Origin: Phoronis australis
Lineage: Eukaryota; Animalia; Phoronida
Direction: 5' to 3'
Assembly: GCA_002633005.1 (NCBI GenBank)
Contig: NMRA01000600.1
Location: 62,001-126,000 of the forward strand
Length of the DNA: 64,000 bases
Numbering within the stretch: the stretch's first letter is position 1; every line of letters starts with the position of its first letter. A program made the position numbers and the translations under genes. Below the pieces are notes generated by a model. It ran no database searches. It saw only the letters and a list, made by a program, of their open reading frames with translations, and was not told the DNA's origin. This document shows positions 35,301 through 45,878 of this stretch, in pieces.

Positions 35301-37395
35301 AACTGTCCTTAGGTACGTCAATCAACTGACTTGCGACTTTGAAACGACCACGTGCGGTTTTACCAACCGGGATGACAGGGCGGCTAACTGGTCACGTGTT
35401 TCGGTGAACGAAACAAGCATTTCAGTGGCAGGACACCCGACCCCTGGTAAGCCTAATGTTTTTGATGAAGTTTCCAAAACTTGCAATCGCAAATAGGAGT
35501 CATGTGACTGCTTAGTTTCATTCTTCCGCGTACATTGTTCGGCAACTTCTAATCATGGTTCATCAAATAGATATGGTCATGGTACTCAAAACTTCAGCTT
35601 TTTCAACTTTTTAACCACTTAAAACTTTTGCAGGTCATTTCATGTTGGTTAAACAGGTGACCAAAGTTCTCGACACTTATGTGGCAATCATGGAAACGCC
35701 CAAAGTCCTCACTCGGCAAGGCTGGTGTGTCGGATTTTACTACTACCTCAACTACAATGGCACTGGTGCTGTTTCCGAACTTTCACTGAGCACGGAGTGG
35801 GACAACTTTAAAGACTTTAGCGTTGACCATAGCAAAGCTCAACCGAAATGGCAGCGAGTTGTGAATGTACCCATAGGTTCGGGGAAGGGGCTCAAGTTCG
35901 CTGTAAAATCAGAGTATAAACGAAGAGAAAATGTTACGTTTTACATCGCAGTAGATGACCTGTCTATTGGACCGTGCTTAAACGTAACGTCGACAACGAT
36001 AGCGCCAGCGTCAACAACAGCACCACAGACGCCATCCGCCATTACTATTACGGCCCCACTCAACGTGACGACACCCACCAATATCACCACACTAATCAGT
36101 GTGACTACTATGTCACCCGTTAATGGGACTATGACGACCCCGGTCATTATGACTGACACGACACCAGCGATTATGACTATGACGACACCAGTCAATGTGA
36201 CGACTATGTCACCCGTTAATGGAACTATGACGACACGTGCCAATATGACTATGACAACACCTGTAAATGTGACTATGACAACAATCATTAATGACACAGG
36301 GACGACAGCTGTAAACTCATCGGTAAGTCACTCCAGTTCATCAATTACATGTACTGCACACCTGTAGTAGTCTTCACTTTCCGTATTACGTTTCCGAATA
36401 TATTGGTAAAGACAAGCTTAAGCAAAGAATGTCTAGAGCAAAGCATATTTAGTGGATTAACTTGAATCGTACTGTATATGCGTTCCTGTCTTACCCTCAT
36501 TCTAAATATCCAGTCACGTTCCAGTTCGCACTCAGGTGTGGTCAATGAATAAGAGAGCCAAAGAGTCATAACTGTTTCGGAATATAGACCCTTCGGATTA
36601 TGGAGCTGACCTACAACTAATCATGGGCGCACCCAGGGGGGGGGATCGGGGGATCGAACGAGCCCCCAATTTGACGAATTGGGGAAAAAGGTCCGCCTCA
36701 GCGAAACAAAAATTCAGAGTAAACGAGACAAAAGTCCACAGGAATTCTGCAATTCTCCGCGGATGCACAATTCGTAGGCCTGAACCTAGTGGCCCGTTTT
36801 CTATTTTTTTTTTCTTTTATTTTTGTCTACGTTGAGTTTTGTCAGTGAATGGTTAGTATACCGAAAAATTCGAGCCCCCCCATATTTTAGGCTGGGTGCG
36901 TGCGTGCTAATTACTGATCCTTTTATCTTTGTGTGGGCGTTATCGTACACCACGATCTCAAAGAAGTATTTTGAGCTTACGTGCATGGAATAAATTTAGC
37001 TTGTTCAACAACACGCCTTCTGCCGTACATGTACACGCCATTTCCAAAGTGATCTACATGTACAATATGTTATCCGCACTGCTTCGCGTGACAGGTACAT
37101 GTAGTGCAATCGTACCAAATGTAATATGAACTACATGTACTAACGACAATTGGGTGTATGCGAATACCTTATTAGAGGTAAACTGTGTAGAGTTTAACAG
37201 TCTCTATGTCACGTGTTTTTCTTTTAGGTAACACCCAACATGACCACCCACTCGCCAGCTTCATTCCCAACTACTGCAACCACTTCCGACGCCACCATGT
37301 TACCAAGCGACAACCCAACCACTACGTCCGCTGGTTCTTTGCTAAATGCTCCCCAGTATCTACTACCGGTTGTCATCTCAGCTGCTCTGCTATAA
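29336..37395 (+). CDS. Secreted, probably GPI-anchored protein with 3 MAM domains and a mucin-like stalk. Exons 29336-29381, 30083-30247, 32101-32589, 33253-33640, 35313-35446, 35634-36322, 37228-37395 (2079 nt, 692 aa).
   Basis: GT-AG junctions keep one frame. Signal-like MAATSTFPSMVMLVTVVYAATSG, then MAM hallmarks three times (CNFE/CDFE..CG..W..DHT..GHYLY..C(V/I)xFYY..IAIDD), a Thr-rich stalk, and C-terminal TSAGSLLNAPQYLLPVVISAALL*. Confidence 0.88.
30083..30247 (+). CDS. MAM gene exon 2 (VYAATSGDIVCNFEDGGLCG...VDHTLGTPK)
   Basis: atttcag acceptor, GTAAAT donor. Confidence 0.88.
32101..32589 (+). CDS. MAM gene exon 3 (GHYLYLASS...CVEFYY...IAIDD...CDFEKDAYCG...VDHTTNTSK)
   Basis: Long polypyrimidine acceptor, GTAAGC donor. 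Confidence 0.92.
33253..33640 (+). CDS. MAM gene exon 4 (GHYLYVES...CIELFY...VAIDDVRVYNCS)
   Basis: tctag acceptor, AG|GTATGT donor. Confidence 0.9.
34396..35223 (-). mobile_element. Truncated second copy of the Kolobok/THAP element, in MAM gene intron 4
   Basis: Collinear with 20708-21513 and ends gggtggcattctcct|ttaa. THAP relic MLRCIVPACSN*EAAKKAG..FRLPREPGMLRNWLAVV..HVCGR..FVDSDF. Confidence 0.85.
35313..35446 (+). CDS. MAM gene exon 5 (YVNQLTCDFETTTCGFTNRDDRAANWSRVS...GHPTP)
   Basis: ccttag acceptor, GTAAGC donor; absent from the ORF track. Confidence 0.9.
35634..36322 (+). CDS. MAM gene exon 6 (end of MAM domain 3 plus Thr/Met-rich mucin stalk)
   Basis: ttttgcag acceptor, GTAAGT donor; WCVGFYY..IAVDDLSIGPC, then TTMSPVNGTMTT repeats. 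Confidence 0.9.
36622..36906. mobile_element. MITE with 5-bp TSD (CTAAT)
   Basis: Termini catgggcgcacccag...ctgggtgcgtgcgtg; ctaat at 36617-36621 and 36907-36911. Confidence 0.75.
37228..37395 (+). CDS. MAM gene last exon (VTPNMTT...TSAGSLLNAPQYLLPVVISAALL*), GPI-signal-like
   Basis: ttttcttttag acceptor in phase 0, TAA stop, AATAAA at 37481. Confidence 0.85.
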   Translation, partial: VTPNMTTHSPASFPTTATTSDATMLPSDNPTTTSAGSLLNAPQYLLPVVISAALL

Positions 37396-37480
37396 GAAGT
37401 AATTCACGATCAATAGAGAGAAAAGTGTGTGTAATGTGATTTTACCGTCAGTTTTGATGTACGATAGTCCTACATGTGCA

Positions 37481-37486
37481 AATAAA
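37481..37486 (+). terminator. Candidate polyadenylation signal for the MAM gene
   Basis: AATAAA ~85 nt after the stop codon. Confidence 0.5.
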
Positions 37487-38626
37487 ACCATCGGTGGTGG
37501 AGTAATTGAAGAGAGTAACGCACATTTAATTCATTAGTATACAACTTGTCTTGTTTTCACTGTTGCCATTATTGTATTTCAAGAGAAGTAACGCATTTTT
37601 GGAAACACGAAATTATACAACCACAAATGTTAAACCATTCTCTTTTCTGTTATTCAGAATTTGAGAGCTTTCACCTATGATGCTGACGTCACTTTACAGT
37701 TAATTGTATTCTTGGATTCTTGTCGGCTCCTCAACATCCGGCCACGTCACAAACGTGTGAACAGTGTGGCAGAAAACTACGATGGTCCGAAAGGATCATC
37801 GCTATTTTAGTTCCATTATTATTTTATTTTTATTTTTTCACCTACACTGTAGGTGGAAATAATTCAACCTAGGTGGAAATTATTTTCACCTGGGTGCAAA
37901 TTATTTTCACACACAAGTTTCGTTCAAATTACCGACAGATTTTTTAAATATTTCAACTACACTTCATGTGGCGGATCACATCCTATACATGTATGGTATG
38001 TACTTGCGCTTTAGGTAACACATTTTTTAGTGAAAGAAAAAGTTTTAGGTGTAATGATTTCTTGTTTTAACAGAGATAACAAAGATGAGAAAAGCGGTAA
38101 CTGTGCACTGAACTTGTAACATTTCCTGAAAATAACAACACTATTTAACAATGTAATTGCCGAGATATCGACCCCTGAGTTGCGAACGTTATGTTTAGCA
38201 AATAAAATTGAGACAGGCGTACCATATTAATAAGTTTTGTATCAGATGTTATGTTTGGACCTGATCGCATGTTGAGTGTTATTTATACTGCTGCAACTTT
38301 ATTACTTTAAACTATCTTGGGAAAGTTTGATGTTCGAACCGGCTAACGAAGTCGAGTCTACATTGCCCTACCTTTTGAACTCTCCATGTCAGAGGTCAAT
38401 GTTAAAGTAGTACCTTGAGTGCAATACGGAAAACATGGCCGTATTCCACGTATGAGATAAATGTTTAGTCAAGTGGCTGAAATACTTTTTACACATTTTC
38501 TCTGAAATTAACAATGGGTATACTCTTCCTTACGTTTTGTTTGCTAACATGAGTTTTTTTCTGAGTTTATTTTTTTTCTGAAACAGTTGTGTCACGTTTT
38601 TTTCCCGTGTGTGGATGGGCGCACGT

Positions 38627-39132
38627 TGTTACAGATCGGTGCTAATAGCTTTCAGTGCGACGATAGACTGAAGACAGGTTCGAGTTAATAACTTCATTAA
38701 TCTTGACCGCACATTCACAAGCCTTCTCAAACGAAACGTCTGACGTAAAGTCTGTTCTACGCTCCAGCCAGTGCTGCGAAGCCTTGACCGTTGTGATGAA
38801 CATATGAGACGTTCGGCAACCCAACTTTAACCCTCCCGTAACGAACTAATGTTCAACTTTTAACTCCTTCAGCTATTAACTGATTGTCCCAAACCCGTGA
38901 CTGGAGTGGGTATTTATAGTCTCATGTAACGTTCTAGATCTTTTCACCTATTCAAGCACATTCTAGAACTTTCCAGAATCTACCCAATCATTCTACAAAC
39001 ATGTACTAGTCTCTAGAATATTCCAGACTGCATTAATCACTGCCATGCTAGAATCTTCTAGGAAGTTCCACACTATACTGTTGTAAACAAATTACATCAT
39101 CACTATACTGAACCCAGGGGTCATGCCCATCA
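38627..39132 (-). mobile_element. Probable solo LTR (Gypsy-like)
   Basis: TG...CA ends, ~500 bp long, minus-strand TATA box (gactataaataccc), tctagaa/ttccagaa sub-repeats; TSD not recognisable. Confidence 0.5.
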
Positions 39133-40047
39133 AAAACACAAACAAAACAACAAAATAAACCAATAACAGTGTGAGTCTAAATTCTGACAAATTGCAACAA
39201 TCGTGATTTCCCGTCCAACCAAACCCAATGCAGATAAACGCCGCTCGAGTCGATTATGGTTGATTTCGGACAAGGTCAAATTTTCTATTTCCACCACGCG
39301 AAATTTGTAGTTGCCCCTGAGCATCAAGAACGAAAAAAGGACATACGGTTTGTAAATATGACGGAATGTTGGCATGAAAAACCATTAACCATGGGAAATA
39401 AAAGTGCGAACTACATGATTGTGCCAATGCCTCCTGATGTGTTGGCAAGTTCGTAAATGGCGACATGTCGATTTTGAGCTCGTTGTAGATTATGTAGTTT
39501 ATAACATAACCTAGTTCTGATCTGAGCAAATCTCTCTGGTATAGGAATTTCCACTGACGAATTTCACAAAACGGACAGTTGTAATAGTACACGACTCCTC
39601 CACAACTGGTATTAAAACTGTTTTCAAACGGTTGTTACAAGTAAAAATACTGGAACACAATGTGCTTTGAATCTGTCTTAACTTGCTCGGTTCACTGTCG
39701 GTGTCTTTTCTCAGATAACAAAATTAACTTTGCTGCAAAACTGAAAAATGGCTTGAGTAGCAAGACATGAATGGATCATCGGAAAGATGCAAGGACTCGA
39801 ACAGTCAAAGTCATATTGTATACAATTACCCAGCACTCGACTTACATGAACATGAACAACCTGGCGTACCATATTAACATGTCCGTCTGCAGTAGAACAC
39901 TCCACTTGCAAGGCCTCAGCCGTAGCGGAAGTTTTTGACTCGCCGTGGGCCATGAGCGGGTAGTTTGTTACGGGCTGGTCAGGCCCAGAAATGAGAGTTC
40001 CTCACGAAACTACGTGTCAATGGACTTAAGATGTTGTAAATAGGCAT

Positions 40048-43000
40048 TAGTCGGTGGGCCAGATCTCATAGCGTTCATCCTTGTGAGTACTTTGGGGGGG
40101 CAACCTAGTTTTTTCTATGTGGCCAGATAATATACCAATAACTCAAATTCCAAAAAGTTCCCAGGTCTACACTTAAACATTTTTTTTAAAAAAGGTGTTT
40201 TTGTTGCACAAAATATGATGCACATTCCTGCCACTTGATGGCGCTTTTGTATTAAATTGACCAATCAGAGAGCCAGATTGTATTGTTGTGCTTAGTTACT
40301 TCAATATGGCTGCTCCCATGGAGTGTGATGCCTGTATAATTCAAGGTTTATCAAACAGCACAAAATTGTGATGTCAGAGCCTAAAGAAGCTTAGGAAAGC
40401 TTCCTGACGAAAGCTGATTGACTGTGGAACTCTGTAGATCAGTAGATCAAAAAGAAGAAGAGGTGTCACAAACGTTTGTGCAGAAAACAGCTGCATGTCC
40501 TGGTAGCCTACACAGTATACTGCTGAGTGCTGTAGACTAGAAGACCAAGTGTCAGACCAAAAAATTGAAAGGACATAGAACGGCATAGCAACGTTTCAAG
40601 GCACCAACAGTAGTACTAAAGCTGAAGTTGCTGAAAGTGATACAGATGTTATCCAAGATTTCCCAAGAAAATCAATTATACTTCCAAAATCTGAAACACC
40701 CAATTAACCTGAACAAGATAGGAACATTCTGAAACATGAGTGCATCATTTGTTAGCAGGAAAAGTACATTATGGGCCACATTTCAAGAAAGAGAAAGAAG
40801 TATAGCTTTCAAAAACAGGTACGTGTTTTTTAAAAATACATCTTGGTGTTTTCCATGTGTGTTTCAGTATTATCACCAGTTGTTTTTTAACGTGTTCAGC
40901 CCCTTGGCTGCCTAGGCCTTAGACAATACTGCTGACCCAGTAGAGACGATGATCATACCATAGGTACTCCATATGCCGGATACTTTTTGGCAAATTATGT
41001 TCCTATAAGTTTATAAGTACCGCGTAGAGAGATGCCTCTGAGGAGGTCGTTAATGTTTTCATTTGTTCCCAGTTTAAACAAATACTCGTGCAATCCTGTC
41101 GACACTGCTTGCGCTAAGGGATAATCCTATGGCGTTATACTGTGGGTGTGATTTTAAAGCACATTAAGTCAAAAATTTTTGAGAAGGTTAAATGGAGTAG
41201 ATGGTTGCAAACAACATGCCCAAATGGCCGTCATCCCCTGCCGTAGTCTCAATTTTTTGTAAACATTAATTACTTAGGTAGCTGCAATGATAATTAAATT
41301 AAAGTGCCTAAGTGGCCATCGTCGCCGTCGAAATTTGAGGACGATGGAAGCCACTGTCCATTTCGTCAAACGTCGATTACCTTAAGTGTAAATCGATTGA
41401 CTATGGTTTGAGCATCAGATTTAAAAAATAAATTTCAATCACTGCACTGGTATATCAGCTTATTTATTTTCAGTTGCATCAACTGATCTAATTATTAGAC
41501 GATCAACATTATTAGGCTACATATCAGACGGCATGTAAATTTGTTAGGCTGGTGGTGGATCAGTTTCTGATAAGTCCGTCTGAAAAAGTTGCATGCCAAA
41601 TCACTCATAGTTGAATGTTAAATTAGTGTTAACAGTTCGTTTTTTTCAGTTGGACTTGTATCGCAAGCAACAGCTCAGTCCAGAGCCCTGAATATGCAAA
41701 TGAAATTCAAAGATAAAGACCTTGTGTCTAAGAAGCCAAGTACCACAGATCATCATGCTATAAAAAATAGAAAGACAACGATTGTGAAGAGTGACGAATT
41801 CACAGTTTTCAGAGATGTTTTTCTACAGTTTTGTTTGGAGTTCATTGAATCGAAGATTCTAACACAAGGAGATGTCATTTGCCTTTCAAAACTAAAGCAA
41901 GACTTTGAAGCTGTTCTTCAGAAAGCTGGTGTGCATGAAGTTATTTGGACAGGCGATCTTAAGAAATATTGTTGAAGCTACTCACTGTTGTAGTTAGTGC
42001 CCGACTAAGAGATACGAAAGTGAATTGAGGCTAGTGGTCAATAATTCACTTGCTGACTCTAATTAACACAGCCCATTATAACATATTTTGAATCAAACGT
42101 TTGCCCAAATAGTGCCCGCCTCCAAACAAGGATTTAGTGTTTGACCCTTCATTGCCTGCGGGCTAATCACCAGTGTGCAGTGCTGTACCCTCTCTAATCG
42201 ACCATAGTTGGCTCCTTGGCGGTGGAGCTTTGCAGTTAATATGTATGGCAATGACCACATCTCCATTGACAGTACTAAACGATGAACGCTGCAAGTGCAA
42301 AAAGAACATGTGTGCTGGGAAACTGAGTTTGTGCTGCAATGCTGGGTCAAACTGTACAGAAATGTGCAGCTGTGACAACTGTAGTAACATCAGCAACACT
42401 GACTGCATAACATTGGATAGTTCTTTGACAAGTCAACCCTAAACAGACCTCCAACCCCGCTATTTCCTTTTTTGTATTAAAAAGTTAATTTTATTTGTTG
42501 ATTAAGTCATAGAAAGTACATACTTTGATCATTGTCATGTATTTGTCTCATACTGCTTGATAAACGCTGTCAGAATAATCTATTATTTTCATACAGTCTT
42601 TGTGCACATTCACAGAGATCATTCAACTATATTGTTTTTGTACTATAACGTATTTCTGGTGTATTATGCAAACAAGCTGTATTTTACACCATTAGTCAAT
42701 GTTTTAGTCATTGAGGCACAAATTTTGCCCAGTCTCAAGTGTTTTGTGTTATTTTTGTTGCCTGACAATGCCAGAATAACTTCCTAGTAACATTCAGACT
42801 TAGTTTGCATTTTTGCCACTAGGTGTCTCTTTACGTTTTTTAAATTTCACTGTTTACAATTAATTTACAATAGTAAAACATGTAATGTGAGTGTAATATT
42901 GTTCAATACAATGGCACTGATGGGACCATATTACTTGTTTTACAAAAAAGTCACCAAAACTGTTGTTTTTACAAATATAAGTTTACTAAGCTCTTTGGTG

Positions 43001-43179
43001 ATTATTAGGTAACTTCAAACTCAAATTTCTCAAAAATGTGCAACTTTATATGTGGGAACTTTTTAGATTTTGAAAACACTCTAATAAATGAATTAAAAAA
43101 CACCGAAATAAAATTGCCCCCCTAAAGTACTCACAAAAACCATTTTCTAGAGGCCCTACAAAATCTGGCCCACCGACTA
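40048..43179 (+). mobile_element. Academ-type DNA transposon, internally deleted and decayed
   Basis: TIR TAGTCGGTGGGCCAGAT / ATCTGGCCCACCGACTA with further subterminal similarity (tgtgagtacttt.gggggg); 3-bp TSD CAT at 40045-40047 and 43180-43182; transposase relics at 41694-41975 and 42173-42442. Confidence 0.85.
42173..42442 (+). pseudogene. C-terminal Cys-rich (CXC-like) fragment of an Academ transposase
   Basis: PSLIDHSW..G.L...M...SP..VL...RCKCKKNMC...CCNAGSNCTEMCSCDNCSN, located inside the TIR-bounded element. Confidence 0.7.
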
Positions 43180-45816
43180 CATCTATCTGTTGCGTAGCAG
43201 AGTCATTCGCTACCTCTGCATCGCCTGAACTGAATTCGGTGTTCATGAATACTTGTGAATTGGGCTGAACTGTCGAAACGGGAAGCAGCTACTCTCGTTC
43301 AGTAACCGCCATATTAGGCCCTAATCAATTCGAGAACCAATCACCGACTTCGTTTCATAATACTCAGAATTGCGTTACTGAACATACATGTATAAAACGA
43401 AACATCGAAAATATCTTTGGAAACATCGAACATATTGTTATAGTTAATCGCACATAAATATTTTTTCATTATGGAATACAAAAATGGTAACACCATATGT
43501 ACAAAGAATAAAATCAATTGTATAGCTATGAGATATCGAATACACATAATTACATCAACTATAACTTTTTTGAACATTGAATTTTGCAACACGCCATAAT
43601 GTTGCTATTTCCGCTATTGTATGTTGGTTCATTTGGCTATCGCAACTACATGTACCTTTGGCGTTCCAAGGAGTCCTTCACACGATTGTACCAGTTTGCA
43701 TACGTATTTTAATTCCTTGTATTACAAACGTCTTGTTCATAATCTGTTTCTCATACGAACATACATGTATGTTGTCAATTTAGGTTTCTGTAAACACACA
43801 CGGTGTTATCCGCTGTGAACAGTCCAGGCTACTACATGTATGTAATGTAACAGTTACTTAGATTGAAACCTACATGTAATTTGTTGTTGTTATTAAGGTG
43901 TGTTCACATGACTTGATTGTTAATGAAGTTTACTTACATGTATGAAACGTAAATGTTTCTCATTGTCATTCCGCAATTCATAAATATTTTGTGAAAAATG
44001 TGCTCCCACAGCACTCACAAAATTATGGGAGCAGGAAATTGTTAACTTCTTTCGGTTACTACGTCAAACCGATGAGACATGTCCCGAGCAATGCCGAGTA
44101 TCGAGTTATGTGCCGAAAGTTCTAGTGGGTTTTTTAAGTTCAGTGTGTTTTAATTAAATTGGCGTTGGCATTTGAAGAAAAATGTCAGACCGCTGTGTAG
44201 CGGGAAGTTGTGACAATGGACCACGGGCTACGGTGTCTGTTAACTGATTTCTCACGGATTTTAGACTGCGTCGCCGGTGGGATCGAAGACTGTTCACGAG
44301 GATGTACCAATACTGAGGGCGATCGAACCATTCATTTCGTTGTGAATAAGTTCTTCAATATTGTATCCAACGCAACGAAAATAAAAAAATCAAAATCGGG
44401 GGAAGCAGTATAAAGTTATAGAATTTTTGTGAAATACTTGCTTGGATCGGGCAGGCCATTTTGGACGACAGCAGCACTGGTTACGAGTTTAAAACTGCTT
44501 GTTAATTATTTTTGCCCATAGTTTACAGTGAAAATCATGTCTTTATACCTACTTGTATCAACGGTTTTCACAAGAATTTAGTCACGCAAATGTAACTTAT
44601 TTAGTGGTTAGAATGCTCACCATACGCAGTTGGATTCAGCTACTTACAGTAGTAAGAACTAAGGAATTGAAGACTAACTATAATACATTTTTATACACTT
44701 TGCTATGAAAAAGCTACTTTGTACACTTTTCAGGGATTTTGCGTTAAAGTGATGAGGAATATTCCAATTATTTCACTGTCAATAACCCATTCAGGTTCCC
44801 CTTTTGACTACGCTAAAAATATTTGAAACGGTTTTGAAATGTTTTTGTTTGGAAGTCCTCCGTTCTCCATGGCATTGTATTTTTTCAAATGTGTGACCCT
44901 CACCGCGTTCTGCATTAACTTTGTTCAAAATGGATATTGAATCAAAACATAAGGTTTTGTGATCGCATTTAACTTTCACTTCATAAACTACATACAACAA
45001 AACTGTTTATCCAACCTTGACTCCACCAATGCATGCTATGAAAGGCAAGTTGAATTGACCAATTTTTGTCGCATATCTCTATTTATGCATCTCAGTACCG
45101 GTCCCGATCGTAGGACTTGCATTTTATTTATTTTTAAGAAATAAATGAAACGAAAACAAATACATTTTCTTAATTGATGATTCGTTCACGGACTGACAGC
45201 CATGTTTCTATTTTCCCAATTACGGTGATGAAACATCAAAAGTTGTGCGGTCATCGACTACGGCTTATCTGCCGCTGTATTCCAGTCTCTAACTGAACCG
45301 GCGAAGTGACCCCACGGAAGCACTTTTGGCCACTGGTTCGAAACTGACATGCCAATCTCTACACGGCCTTCTTGCGTTCTCAAGAGCCTGCACTCGACGT
45401 GTTTCGTTGTCAACAGCTTATGTTTCTGATGCTTCGCCACATTCAAGTAAAAATCGTTCCAACTCCCTCGTCGCCGGAAGACTCGTCGCTACAACTGTCG
45501 TATTCCATGTTGGTTCCTCAAATAGTCTACATGTAACTCGGAGTACAACGTGCCTGTCTTACTATCTTACTAATGTGTCGCCTTCATCGATTACATAACC
45601 GCCCACGCCAGTATTCAATATTTATTCAGCTGATGACAAGTTGGATATAAGATCATTAACTTCTGGGTCTCCCTATTTAACTGGATTGCACGGACAATAA
45701 ATGCCTTGTGGAATGGGTTCATTCAGTGCTATTTTTGTGTTGAACCCATTTGTTCTGGTGTCAAACTATCTTAACAAGGAAAAACTGTATAACATCACGT
45801 TTTTATAGTTTATGTA

Positions 45817-45820
<4 letters not shown>

Positions 45821-45877
<57 letters not shown>
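45821..45877. repeat. (TA)n(CA)n microsatellite
   Basis: Directly visible. Confidence 0.95.

Positions 45878-45878
<1 letters not shown>

Noticed and set aside
35941-36297. Hydrophobic Val/Ile-rich 118-aa ORF on the minus strand
   Set aside because: It is the antisense shadow of the Thr-rich (ACN codon) mucin exon.
45258-45610. GC-richer segment with a protein-like stretch (MEYDSCSDESSGDEGVG) on the minus strand
   Set aside because: Stops interrupt it in the frames read and no family could be recognised; at most an unidentifiable relic.
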